From Squalus acanthias (Eukaryota): DNA of 64,000 nt. Shown one piece after another: positions 12,689 to 25,585 of the stretch. The notes beneath the pieces are model-generated. The model saw nothing but the letters and a program-made list of their open reading frames with translations. It was not told the DNA's origin and did no database searches. A program made the translations under genes and the position numbers. Position 1 is the stretch's first letter, and each line of letters opens with the position of its first letter. The stretch is taken from assembly GCA_030390025.1 (NCBI GenBank), contig CM059433.1, forward strand, positions 7,380,001-7,444,000, given 5' to 3'.

Positions 12689-12921
12689 CTATAAAAAAAG
12701 AATTTTCCCATGTCTAAACCTCATTTAATATTAGTGACAAGAAACATAAGACTATTTATTCAATGCCGAATAAATGCTTCAAACAAAATTCCCCCCACCC
12801 CCCACATAGACCAACATTTGAGTTTGGACTCGTCTTCATTTGCGCAAACAATAATGGTGCTCCTTAAATAAAATAATTAAACAGTAACTATTTAGGCCAC
12901 GAACAAACATGTCACAATAAC

Positions 12922-13200
12922 CACTTGCATTTATATAGCGCCTTTAATGGAGTAAAAACATTCCAAGATGCTTCACAGGAGCGTTATCAGACAAAAACCA
13001 AGCCACATAAAGAGATATTAGGACAGGTGACCAAAAGCTTGGTCAAAGAGGTAGGTTTTAAGGAGTGACTTAAAAGGAGGAGAGAGAGGTAGAAAGGCAG
13101 AGAGGATTAGGAAGAGAATTACAGAGTTTAAGACCTAGGCAGCTGAAGGCACGACCGCCGATGTTGGAGCGATGAACATTGCAGATGCGCAAGAGGCCAG
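12922..13200 (-). mobile_element. L2-type LINE 3' end
   Basis: Tail AGGCGCTATATAAATGCAAG; homologous to 15286-15456 and 36311-36637. Confidence 0.75.
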
Positions 13201-14525
13201 AGCAGTCAAAACACAATGAAGTGCTGTATTAAGTACTCAACACAAGCACAAGGGAGAAGAGATTAACCATAATTATTCCAAATAGCTTTAAGGGAAAAAA
13301 AAGTTACTAGTTTAGGGATAAAGATTGGGTGATGCTAAATAAGTTTCATCATAAACCATCTTTTTAAATTAGTGGATGTATTGCTTCATAAGCTCAACCA
13401 CCATCACTGGAAGTCAGTTACTTTTAAGAAACCTGCTGTTCTGGCACTATTTATTTGCCCCATGCTGCTGTTTTGCCTATAATCAATGACTAATTGTCAG
13501 TCTATAATAGGATGCATTAACTGGTGATCGACAACATTCCAACAGCTGAGAACCAAAGGATCAGGAGTAAGGGGCTCAACGCAGCATTTCTTACAATGGG
13601 GAGTGATCTCCATCAACGAAAGATAAACAGAAACCGAGAAAGAGAAATACAAAAAAAAAAAATCAGGGAAAAAAAGTGAAAATTACCAACTCTATCAGGA
13701 GAAAAAAGCATTTTGGAAGCTACTCAAAATGCAAAACACATGGAAGCAATGTAAAGTTCATTGATAATACATGAAACACAATTGTCTACAGAATAAACTC
13801 CAGCATCACAAGGCACAATATATTTAACATTTTCAGACAATCTTACTAAATCATTCAAAAAACCTTATAATTTGGTATTCTGAAAATGATTTCATAATAC
13901 TTTTGATCATGAATGTCTTTTTTCTTGTTCAGTTGCAAAACTCAAAAGGTTAAGATTTTATTTTAATCCTTCTTGAAACCCTCAAGTCTACCCGAGAGCT
14001 AATAAATGACCCATCGAGTTCGATTCTGAATTCAATACTACCAGCAGTCCCATATACACAAATACTTGGACATCCTTTGTCGTACTTGCTTAGTGCAACT
14101 AGAAGCAACATTACCAACAATAACTTAATTTTTAATTTAGCAGGGAAAGCATGGGGTAAAGCCTGGCTTCCAATTACCCCCCCCCACACACTATAGTTTC
14201 TGTCTGCACGCCAAAATCAAGTTATCTTCTTTAAGTGACAAACATATCCACAGAGCAATTAAAAATTGCAAATACAGCAAAAGGATTTTTTTAAAATCAG
14301 ATACCACTTTCAAATGATGTAGACTAGTGAATTTTAAACTCCGTACCTACTATTTGTAGGGTTAGTCAACTTGGAAAAAAATTGCAGGTGGGACCCTCTC
14401 TCTCTATGCATCAATAATAATGCACTCTTTTGAAAAAGAATGAAGGGTAAACTCTGGTGACTTCTCAGATTCACATATATTGTGTCTATTCCTGTAACAA
14501 ACTGGAAAAATAGGTGTGTACTTAC

Positions 14526-14620
14526 ATGTCACTGTTTGGATTAGGTTTGACAGTTTCATCCGAAGGCAGACTAGCTTCCATGATCTCATTAAATCCTGCA
14601 TTCCCAATATTCTTGGCTAG
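14526..14620 (-). CDS. ASAP2: ASAP2 exon, ArfGAP (LAKNIGNAGFNEIMEASLPSDETVKPNPNSD)
   Basis: cag/gtaag; 95 nt; in phase. Confidence 0.96.
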
Positions 14621-14868
14621 CTGTCAAAAATAACAATTCCCCCATTAGACCCTAATGTATTTAGTCAATCTATTATATATTAAAATTGCTGAATGGGTCG
14701 CAAGATTTAATTTCAAAATGTACTGAAAATTCCTATCGGGCTCTGTCTATGGGAAAACCATTGTAAACCAGTCACATGTACCTGCAGTACCAGTTACACC
14801 TTTTAGGTGCCACTGTAAATGGATGATTTCCATTTTAAATGCATTACCGTGACATTAGGTAGATCATT

Positions 14869-15282
14869 CTTGATATGTGGGCATCGCTGGTAGTGCCAGA
14901 ATTTATTGCCCATCTTTAGGTGTCCTGAGATGATGATGGTGGGTCGTCTTCTTGAACCATGTGATAAGGATGTTATTCTTTGTAGCGGTTTTGATATAAC
15001 TGAATGGCTTACTAGGCCACTTCAGAGGACAGTTAACATTTAACTACATTAGTGTGGAACTGGAGTCACATATAGGCCAGATGGGGTAAGGACGGCAAGT
15101 TTCCTTCTCTAAAGGACATTAATAAACCAGTTGGTTTTTTCCAATAAATGTAAATGACCATGAAGATTCATGGTCACTTTATACTGATATCAGCTTTCTT
15201 TAAACTGAACTCAAATTCTCAAACTACCTTGGTGGAATTTCAACTCAGGTTCTCTGGATTAGTAGTCCAGTAACATAACCAC
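14869..15282 (-). mobile_element. tRNA-headed SINE whose 3' tail matches the LINE at 41305
   Basis: Pol III-like head near 15230-15282; tail CCAGAATTTATTGCCCATC shared with about 41320-41400. Confidence 0.65.
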
Positions 15283-15285
15283 CAC

Positions 15286-15456
15286 TTTATATATAGCGCC
15301 TTTAATGTAGTAAAATGTCCCAAGGTGCTTCACAGGAGCAAAATTTGACACCAAGCCACATAAGGGGATATTATGGCAGATGAGGGACGGTTTTAAAGGA
15401 GGAAAGAGAGGTTTAGGGAGGGAATTTCAGAGCTTAGGGCCTCGGCAGCTTAAGGG
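15286..15456 (-). mobile_element. L2-type LINE 3' fragment
   Basis: Homologous to 12922-13200. Confidence 0.65.
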
Positions 15457-15926
15457 CGGGTCAAATCCGGGCACTGCGCCGGGTGGGGAGATAGAAAATT
15501 TGGACATCGCGGGGAGGGGGAGAGGAGAGAAAAGAAAAGAAATTTGGATATCATGAGGGGTGAAGGTCGGCCGAGGCTGACCGTGTGGCGGTTAGCTTGT
15601 TGGGCCTGGAGGAAACACTCCTGCTCCTTCTGCTATAAAGGCTTACCTCATGGATCCAGCCCTTCTCGCCTTCTTTTACCTGCTGGGATTGCTGAGGTCT
15701 GGGAATTGTAGCCTCCACGCGTCAAAATTTAAAATAAGTGAGTAATAATGGAGGCATGCAGCCTCCTTAAAATATTTTAGTGACCGGCCTGCCTCCTGAG
15801 AGTGGGTTGGTCACCCGACCCCACCTCCGTTCATCTCGGAAGTGGGTGGGTTTGGGTCGGGCTTGAGATTTTAAATTATTGTTACCTTCCCAACCGACCC
15901 GTCCTTGGGGGTTAAAATTCCCCCCA
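15457..15926. mobile_element. Partial GC-rich MITE or Harbinger end
   Basis: Ends in TTAAAATTCCCCCC, resembling the other TIRs; partner TIR not found. Confidence 0.5.
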
Positions 15927-16295
15927 TTATGTCTGGAGCTACAGTTTCATTAGCACAACTCTTCCACACAACTTTTTTTTAAAAAGCTAAGTTTCCTCAT
16001 TTTTATAGCCAAGTCATATATCAGTTTTAATTCCCTTTGTTTACACTACTATATTATACGCAACTTGTACTGCATTTCATTTGAGTGCTTCCCCCATTTG
16101 TATGATTTCTCCCCCTTTTTCCATCTTCTTAGCTTCCTGCACCATATACCTTCCTCAGCAACAGGATGAGCTGGAGACCTGCTCCCAGGTTTTCATTACT
16201 GCCACTTTATACTATAACCAAGCTGCAAAAGACGCAGAACAGCAACTTGTGTTGACTATTCCTCCAATTTTCTGCAGAAATTTCATGTTGCATTA

Positions 16296-16589
<294 letters not shown>

Positions 16590-16735
16590 TCAAAAAATAT
16601 CTAATTGATTTTAAACTGGTGGGAAATGATTAGGTGTTTTTTTAAAAAGAGAACCAAATTAAATTCCCACCAAAATGTCCTGCTTTATATCATCACCTAA
16701 TTTTTATCCACTTAAAATGCCTGGTATGGCAGTAT

Positions 16736-17016
16736 GTCAGCCTGCCTCCATTGGCTGCACTTCTCGCCTTTGTATCAAAAGGTTGTAGGTTTGAGCCTCA
16801 TGCCAGGAACTGAGCACAAAAACTGGCTTGACACTGAGGGAGTGCCGCATTGTTAGAGGTTTGAATGATGTGTTAAACCATGATCCTGTCCGCCTGGTGG
16901 ATGTTAAAGATTCCACTGCACTTTTCAAAGAGAAGAGCTCTCCTGTGTTCTGACCAATATCACCCCATCAATAAATGGTACCAAAAAACAGATTAACTGG
17001 TCATTCTTTGCTGTTA
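16736..17016 (+). mobile_element. Deu-type SINE, decayed
   Basis: Similar to 55186-55563. Confidence 0.6.
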
Positions 17017-17624
17017 CAAACATACGAAAATGACAGGCAGGTAAAGACCAGCTAGTAAATCAAGCCTGCCCCACACCTCATGATGTCAAGCGCATCATGA
17101 CTAAACACTACCCACTCTCTCCCACATATTTATTGGATGTTGCTGGTGCTAAGCCAAAATGAATTGATTGTAAATATACATTATGTACCTTGTAAATATA
17201 ACTATATCCTGACAACAGTGAGACTGATTTTATAAACATAATTCTCCAAGATTGCTTTTGACATACAACTGCATCAAAATTGGCCATACAGCCGCAATTA
17301 TTTTAAAACAGTAGATTGTCAGTTAAGAGTTCCATGACTTTTCTACAGAGAAGAAGATTTCCTTTTGACAATTTCAATACAATTATGTTGTCAAATTACA
17401 TTTCCAATGTTTAACTTGAAACTGTGTTGAGAAAAATCTCTGCAATTACATTTTTCACTTCTGAAGTCCAGTTATTTGCTGAAGGTCCCTTATCTAACAT
17501 TTTTATTTTACAAAATAAGTTTAATTGATGAGAATTTCTGTACTTAAGCAGCCAATCCCACTTACGACTTTTTCTGGATGCCATGTAATATTAATAATCC
17601 GATGTTTATTGCATAAAATGTTTA

Positions 17625-19350
17625 TAGAATCATGGAACTTATGGCACATGAAAAGGCCATTTGGACCATCTTGCCTGTGCTAGCTCTTCAACTGGAACGG
17701 TCTACTTAATCCCATTTCCTAACCCTTTCCCTCTATTTTTTAATTTCTTCCTTTTCAATTACTTATCCAATTCCCTTCTAAATTATGCTATAAGCTCTGC
17801 TTCAATAGCCACTAATGGTAAAACATTGAGGGAAAAATTGGGCCGTGCCCCCTTTGGTGTGCTACTTTCAGCGCCCCGAAAAAGTTAGCACCCCTGCGCC
17901 CGAAATTCACCGGTGGCGCCACAAGAGGGAGGCGGGGCGCTACTGGAAGCGCTCTGCCTCCCTCTTGGGGCGCTGCGAGCACGTCGCGCCACTGCAGGCC
18001 TTCCTCCCCTTATTAAAGGGGAGGGGCCTAGCGCAGCGCGACCTGGGGCCCAGCTGGGCCACCAGGATTGGAGTGCCGGCAAAAGAGCCCGGCACTCAAG
18101 AAAAGTGTCGGACTCACGGACACAGCCGGCACTCCGTGGGGTGAAGGGGGGGGGTTCACAGAGGCTGGGGACGGCAAAGCGGGCAAGCGGCCAGCAACAA
18201 AAATGGCCGCCCGGCACCTTCCCTTTAATTTGCGCCGCCCCGGCTGCAGGTAGGCCCCCCTGACCCAGTCGGACATAGCGTCCGGCGGTAAGTCAGGGGG
18301 CGCTACTGAAGATCGCGGCCGGAGCGCGAGCGGGGCACTGCGCACAGCGATGACGTCATCGCCGAGGGGCGCTAACAGTTACCGCTGCCGCTAACCTCCC
18401 GCTGAATTTTGCGGGAGGCGCCGCCGCGCCCAGGCGCTAGTTGTTTTGCGTCCCTAAGAGGGTGCTAACGGGAGGCGCAAATCAGCCAAAGTTTTCCCCC
18501 CTTCATGTTCTAATCACCCTCTATGCAAAAAATCTTTCAACTTCCCCTTTCATCTTCTTGTCATAATACTTATCAATTTGCCAACCAGTGGAAATAAACT
18601 TTTATTATTTACCTTCTTGAAACCATTCAAGATTTTGACCACCTCTATTAGATCCCCTTAACCTTCTCTGTCCCAGTGGGGAAAAGTCCAATTATTTAAG
18701 ATTTTCTTCAGAACTGTAACTTTATTCCTGGCCTCAGTCTAGTGAATCTTTTCTGTACCCTTTCCATGACCAGGGCTGTCTGAAATACTCTTAACTGTGA
18801 CCTAATTAATGTACTGCATTAATTTATCACTTCCTCGTTTTGATATTCAATGCCTATATAAATAAAACCCAGAACCCCATTTGCCTTTTTGTAGCCTCTT
18901 CTACCCATACTCCCACTTTAAGGATCTACATAATATTGCACTGCTACATCTCTTTTCATTCTGAATCCACATCAACTGCTGTTTTTTAGGCTATTATTGT
19001 ATAGACAATCTTCAAGCTTAGTCCCGATAATCAATTCCATTACTTTATATAATATTTGATCCTTTCACTGTTCTTTTTTCCAAAATGTACCATTTCACAT
19101 TTCTCTACATTGAACCACATCTGTCACCTATATGCCTACTCCACAAGCCGGTCTATGTCCTTTTGCAATCTTTGACATTTTTCCTCAGTTTGCCATGCCT
19201 TTAATTTCACATTAGCCGCCAACTTCAGAATCATTCCTCCCGTGTCTGTCAAATAACTTATATAAAAACAGAAAATAAAAGTTCCCAGCTCAGATCCCAC
19301 CAATCCAAAAAAACTCATTTACCTCCCCTTTTGCTTTCCGTCCCTTAGCC
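17625..19350 (-). mobile_element. Old CR1 3' fragment interrupted by a MITE
   Basis: CR1 tail at 17625; RT remnant KLAANVKL...RLQKDIDRLVE. Confidence 0.7.
17829..18501. mobile_element. GC/CpG-rich MITE nested in CR1
   Basis: Termini AGGGAAAAATTGG and CCAAAGTTTTCCCCC; right end is reverse-complement similar to the start of 32888. Confidence 0.7.
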
Positions 19351-19531
19351 AAGCATTTGACAGCATAATATTTAATCCCCTTTTCATCAATAAAGAAATA
19401 CTTTCAAGGGTTAAAGTCATAGTCTTGGGATGAAGTGAGTTTAATTATATTATCACTCCACCCCATCCAACCTTCTCTCCACAATTCCAGTTAATTCCTT
19501 TCTAATTTCTCAGTTTTAACTTCTCTATGCA

Positions 19532-20217
19532 TCCTTGTACACAGATCACAAAAAAATTAACATGCAGGTACAGCAAGCAATTAGGAAAGCAAATGGTATG
19601 TTAGCCTTTATTACAAAAGGATTGGAGTGTAAGAGTAAAGAAGTTTTGCTGCAATTATATAGGGCCTTGTTAAGTCAACATCTGGAGTACTGTTTTGGTC
19701 TCCTTACCCAATGAAGGATATACTTGCCTTAGAGGGAGTGCAACAAAGGTTCACTAGACTGATTCCTGGGATGAGGGGATTGTCCTATGAGGAGAGATTG
19801 AGTAGACTAGGCATATATTCCCTAGCGTTTAGAAGAATGAGATGTGATTTCATTGAAACATATAAAATTCTTAAGGGACTTTACAGGGTAGATGCTGGGA
19901 GGGTGTTTCCCCTGGCTGGAGAGTCTAGAACTAGTGGTCAGTCACAGAATAAGGGGTCAGCCATTTTGGAGGAGACGAGTAGAAATTTCTTCGCTCAAAG
20001 GGTTGTGAATCTTTGGAATTCTCTACCCCAGAGGGCTGTGGATGCTCAGTCATTGACAGAGATCGATACATTTTTGGATACTAAGGGATTCAAGGGATAT
20101 GGGGATAGTGCACGTAGGTGGAGTTGAGGTAGATCAGCCATGATCTTATTGAATGGGTGAGCAGGTGTGAAGGGCCAAATGGCCTACCCCTGCTCCTATT
20201 TCTTATGTTCTTATGTT
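19532..20217 (+). mobile_element. CR1 LINE 3' fragment, same subfamily as 529-1186
   Basis: ORF 19711..20127; (TTCTTATG)n tail. Confidence 0.92.
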
Positions 20218-20227
20218 CTACACAAAA

Positions 20228-20342
20228 GATCACAGAATCCCCACAGTGCAGATAGAGGCCATTTCGGCCCATCGAGCCTGCACCGACACATATCCCACCC
20301 TATCCCCGTAACCCCACGTATTTAATCCCCCCTAACACTAAA
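20228..20342 (-). mobile_element. HE1-like (V-SINE) shark SINE 3' fragment
   Basis: CR1-like tail GAGGCCATTTCGGCCCATCGAG followed by CCCTATCCCCGTAACCCCAC; recognised from memory. Confidence 0.55.
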
Positions 20343-22534
20343 AGATATGCTCAAACATAAAAACACTTGTTACTAAATGCTTAAAACACCCTTTTTGTTT
20401 ATATATTTCATATGCAGTGAAGTTCTCCATGAATTTGCATAAATAATTTAAAGAAAATTATAGCGTACTCCAGACTGCAACTCTGGATCGTGTTGTTGAA
20501 ACTAGGAAGAGTCTTGCTGCTTATGCACCCAGCAGTAAAACAATTAACTTAAACACATTAATCATAGAAATTGCCCCCGATTCATCTCCCAAGGGCAATG
20601 ACTCTTTTGAAGGGAGAGTTTCACAGCCATTGGCAGCCCTCCAGTATCTTGCGCAAGTGGCCATTCTTCATGTTTAAACCTAAACTGTGTCAGCAAGCCA
20701 ATGGACTGTGGGGGAATCCCAGCCAAGCTTTATCCTTCCATACACAACACTCTCACCGAAATACTTCCCAGCAATGGGGTCACTGGACAGTCATCAGAAG
20801 CAGGAAACTTGTTAGTGTTTCCCCTCTGCTGCCCAGGCACCACCACCGCAGCGGAGATCAGCATAGATCAGTGATTATGGCCAGTACCTTGTTGCTCTGA
20901 AAAGCTCCAACTCCTAATGGTGCTTATTTACATTTGTTTCAGCAATTAATTTTGGTTTAAAAAAATAAAATTTTACATTTGTGATATTGCATGAATGACA
21001 GACACAAATTCCAGTTGAGCTGGATCTGGTTCAACTAAAGTAATTATTTTAATTAACTTGTATTATATTTAAATAAAACCAAAGATAATAAATATCTTGA
21101 AATAACTCAGAAAATGCTTTCTTTTTGATTATCTGACAGAGTATCGACCCTTACATTGTCTTCTTCATTCTTTCAATGATAGGCTTACCCTCATAGATCG
21201 TAGGAGTAAAGCTTAGCTTGATTGGTTTTGGGGATAACGTGCTGAGCACATACATAAAAATGCCATGACATTGCAATTAGGCATTGCTATATACTGTCTT
21301 CTACTCCAATTTCATATAAAGTTCCAGAACCGGTGGCATTATGCCAGTTCAGTTTGAGCTGAAGCTAAACTTCAACTGACTAATTACAAATTCTGTAACC
21401 CTAAAACCCTTTGCCCTGCAGGCCTTGCATGGATGAATCGTTGGGAGTTGTGATGCGCATAGAATGCAAATTATTCGAACAATGAAGGCGACCATGCAAG
21501 GTAATTATTTTTCTTCTTCATTAAGCATCTTTCACACACTTTAGAAACATACCAAAGTAGTACAATGTAGGAAGAGCGAGGACCCTGCAGAGGAACTGTA
21601 ACGCCAACTGTCAGGACAGATCTGCCAGAGATATATGTACAATAGTCAAATCTAAACTGTAATGCTCAACAAACACCAGGATTTCTGCATTTGGAAGCTT
21701 CATAAATACCGTCAATGGGAACCTGATTGAGAGATGGTCAGGCACAAATGTGTAATAGGCACCATGACCATTAAACAGCCTCTCAACCTCCATTCTGCAA
21801 GACGGTAATAGTGTATAACATAGTTATCGATTTACCTATCCCTTTGTCACTGGGTTGCCTATGGTCTGTTCATCATAGTAAAAAATAAACGCTGATACTT
21901 CCAAAATGACAAGAGATATGGCAACTTAGGATTCCATGACCATTGAAAAGACTCCACTTCTCTATGGTGTAGCAGCAGCTGCAACAATAGGACAACAATT
22001 TCTTGGGCCAAATGAAATTAGAAAGCATTTTTTTGGTACGAACATCAGGTGAATGCTGAGGAATAGTTGATCAGAATGCTAAGAAATCACTAACTTTCTG
22101 AACCAAAAGCTACGTTCCATGTAAGAACTGAAGATCACAAGATCCCAGACGTTCAAAAGAAAACTGCCATATAGAGAAGAAAGCATGAGAAATTTCATGT
22201 CTTTGCATCAAATATTGTATGCATTTATCATGTCCATACACAAAGCTGGGTGGGCCTTTGCATTTTGCATGGTATTTGAAGCATCTGTCACGTGTTGGTA
22301 TCAACTTAAAGCTCCAACTGTGGAGGCACTTGTTTTGTTTTGATGTAAAACATTAATTAGCTCTTCACTAACGCTACAGTGCAGATGGATAAAAAAAAGT
22401 CAGTACTGTAGATTGTAATGTGCAGTTAAAACCAAACATGGGAAATAAACAGTGAAAGGGTATTAGTGACGGAGAACTGACTTCCTTGATGAAACAATCC
22501 TATTAATCAGCATTTAATTGCTAATGCAAATTAC

Positions 22535-22701
22535 CTGGTGCCCTGCAATCACAGCATACATCATTTCCAGTCATCCGCTGTACCTCTACAATAATCGCTT
22601 TTGTTAGCTCCTGGACAATATTATTTTCTCCTGTATTATGGTCTCCCTTGAAAGCATTGTTTAAAGCTTCTTCTTTACTGTTCTGCAAAACGGACATCCA
22701 A
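22535..22701 (-). CDS. ASAP2: ASAP2 exon, PH end and ArfGAP start (WMSVLQNSKEEALNNAFKG...GNDVCCDCRAP)
   Basis: tag/gtaat; 167 nt; first CxxC of the ArfGAP zinc finger. Confidence 0.96.
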
Positions 22702-23199
22702 CTAAAGAATAGAAAATAAGATCTATTTCAGACAACCTGGAATTGAAAAGGAAGTATTTCTATATAAGATTATGCTTACAATAAAAGTTGTATCCCTGCT
22801 CTCTAGAGATTTTGACTTTGTACTCATGAATCTCAGGCACTATAAAGTGTCATAAGCTTCCAACTCCTTGATGGTGTTTATTATTTCTTTTTAGTCAGTT
22901 TTCACCTCTTGTTGGATACAATTTAACATGTATCAAGCATTATCTGGTATTTGTATACACTGTGCAACACTTCCATTGAATGAACGTTCTTTTCAAGCCT
23001 TAGCCTGGCTCATCCACAAGGTGAACACCAGTGAAACTGTCACATATCAGGGGAGTAGTGGGTAATGGGTTGGCAGGGCCTCATTGTGCCACCAAGTCCA
23101 CACACAGGATAGAGTTGGAGAGCCCAGTAAAAATATTGTGGGCTGATTAGGCATACAAATGCAAATCATCGCATATGAATTTGTCAGTTTATTCAATAG

Positions 23200-25270
23200 C
23201 TATTTACAGCAGTTTGAAAGAATAAAAGCACGATAAAGTAAAATATATATCAGTATTAGAACATCGCTAACGATTAATTAACAGTCTGAGAAAATCTGGA
23301 GAGTCCACAGAGTTAATAGAATTGCTAGCTTCGAAGTCTAACTGTTTTATAGCGTTCGATCTATAGGAATGATACCAGTTGCTTGTTCTTTTCTAGCAAG
23401 TTAGCTCTGGTGCCATGGGCAAAACCGAAGTATTTGACATTTTTCCTCCGGTTAGATTTATGATTTATGTTTCAAGGTAATCATATTTGTTCTGTTTCTC
23501 GGTCCATGCCTTTTTCAAGGATTAATTATTGCAGAATCACTGAAGGATTTTCAGATTTTTGGCCATTCTAGAGTGTGCATCATTCATGATGCCAACGTCA
23601 ACAACAAAAGCACAAGCCACACAGTTGCTGGACCATTTGTTACATTTCACGAGAATTCCTGATCCTTCCTTTTCTAGGGTGCAGAGTTGTGGATCCATAG
23701 TAATATTTTATAAACAGTATAGGTAAAGGAGGGTGTCACTCTTTGACTCTGCTCATTTTGATTGGATCAGTTTCGGCATTTCCACCTTCTCCTGTTGTTT
23801 TATTCACATATAGATTGTCAATTGACATATAACTCTGTTTGGCGAACCCATCCAGTTCGCAACTTTTCTAGTCATTTTGAGACCAACCAAGTTGAAAGTT
23901 TTGCAGAGATCAACCCAATTCCAAAGCTTCAGCAAGATTGATAAAATCCACTGTAAGTTCTTTTCTATTACTTTTAGCATCTTTCATTATGTTCTGGAAG
24001 ATTATTTTCATTGCATCGTGCTGTGGCTGAATTGAACCCCTTTTGTCCGAGGTTCAGTTTGATGCTCTCAGCCGCCCTCTTTGCTATAATCTTTATAGGC
24101 TTAGCAACATTGGGTCAATGGTGATAGGTCACTAATTTTCTATGCTTTTGGTAGTTCTTTATTTTCAGTCTTGAGAATTAAGACTGACCGACTCTTTTTA
24201 CTGTATCTAGGACGGGTGTGCCTTTGTCCGAATCAGATGCCTTGGTCGAAGTCGAGTGGTCCGTCTGGTTTTATTCTTATTACTAGTTGCTTAAACCAGA
24301 CCAATGGTGAAGGCTTGGCTTTCTGTTTTTTGCAATACTTCCTTCACATCCACAAGGTTGTTATTTACTACATGGATATGTTTTACCCTTTGATGGGTTT
24401 TTGAATGTGAATTTGGGGTTTGAAGTATTCTGATGAAAACTGTCTACTGGGTCTTATTGTTTTAAGGATCGATTGGAGACTTCCAGATCCTCCTCTGCAA
24501 GTGAGGGAATATTCACAAGTTTAACCACTCCCTTAAAAGCTAGATAATCAGAGATCCGTGCATTCAATTTTCATGTTAAGGTGGTTGTTAATTAGCATGT
24601 TTATATTTCTTCTACCTTGTTTCTTCAAATGACCATATTGATTTTTAGCTCGCTTTTCTCCAGGAATATTTTTAACTGTCCTTTTTTGGTTTCTCAGCAC
24701 AGCAGGCTATGTCTCTCACGGTGCCCAAGGCCCCTTTGGGTTTTGAACTGTTGGTCGCAAAACGTACATTTGAAGTCGCCTTCTGGCTCGGTTAATGCTT
24801 CCCTTTGCATTTGGCATGATGGCAGGAGAGGGAATGATGATCTTTTTTATTTCATCTGGTGCATATTGTGATGACGCTTTTGATCTGGTGTTTCTTCTTC
24901 ATATGGTTCTTAAATAATGTGATAGATTTATATGCTTCTTTGCACTGGTGGCAAAACAGACCAATCAACTGGGTAAGGGATGATGATTTCATTCTGCCGG
25001 TTTCAGTCATCCTTGGGCTCTGTTTGTACACCCGCAAAGTAGGTGTGACCTGTTGTTTCTAAGCCCTCAAAGCTGTTGTCAACTCTGCATATTTCTGTTC
25101 CTTTAAGGTTTCTGTTTCTTGAGTTATAAATTGTGAATCTTTGGATAATATACCTGCCCTCTTGGATCTTACTTTCAGCTAGATGCTCATCTCCATTGTT
25201 TTGTTCGTCATCACCAACTAATTTCCCCAACATTTTGTCAAAAGTAACCTGAATCGATGCCAATTGGACG
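23200..25270 (-). mobile_element. Degenerate R2 non-LTR retrotransposon (clade A-like), internally deleted
   Basis: Across frameshifts: CHQC..HMKKKH, CHHAKCKG, CTFC..GLGHRERH, Myb WSFEE..NIN..ISD, RT RSVLILK/PITI/QKGF/CNEN/DLCKTFN/MDPQLCTLE/AFVVD, endonuclease tail EKQNKYDYLE..YFGF.HGTR. Confidence 0.85.
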
Positions 25271-25299
25271 GGTAAAATTATGGTTCAAGTACAAAATCC

Positions 25300-25585
25300 T
25301 CCTCTCTTGGTTTGTGTGAAGGCTGTATGACTTTGAGAGAACACCAATGTCTGATCCTATACTCATCAGATATCCACCCATGCACACTTTTAGCAGTGTT
25401 GGCAACCAAGAGTAGGGTATCTGACCAATTTTCATCTTTCTACCACAAAGGAATTGAGGACAATTGTAGGGCCCCACCACTATCTGTGCTGAGATTAGCT
25501 AACTCAGCACAGACTAGGAATCAAACCTTGGTCTGTATGGCTTAGCTACACACTGGATAAATTCAGTGAGTTATCAGGTGAGCTC
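25300..25585 (-). mobile_element. Old tRNA-headed SINE-like repeat; related copies near 20570-20890, 31945-32310 and 49990-50345
   Basis: Shared GCTGAGATYAGCTAACTCAGCACAGAC-like segment and B-box-like head. Confidence 0.55.

Noticed and set aside
17845..18345. Cluster of overlapping ORFs or a CpG-island promoter
   Set aside because: GC-rich MITE with few stop codons; related copies at 32888 and 53398.
23195..23206. AAA-TAGC on the minus strand near the R2 3' end, like the start of the downstream 28S target
   Set aside because: A 4-nt match is not significant and the true 3' boundary is uncertain.
24852..25037. Host C2H2 zinc-finger gene
   Set aside because: Colinear with Myb, RT and endonuclease remnants, so it belongs to the R2 element.
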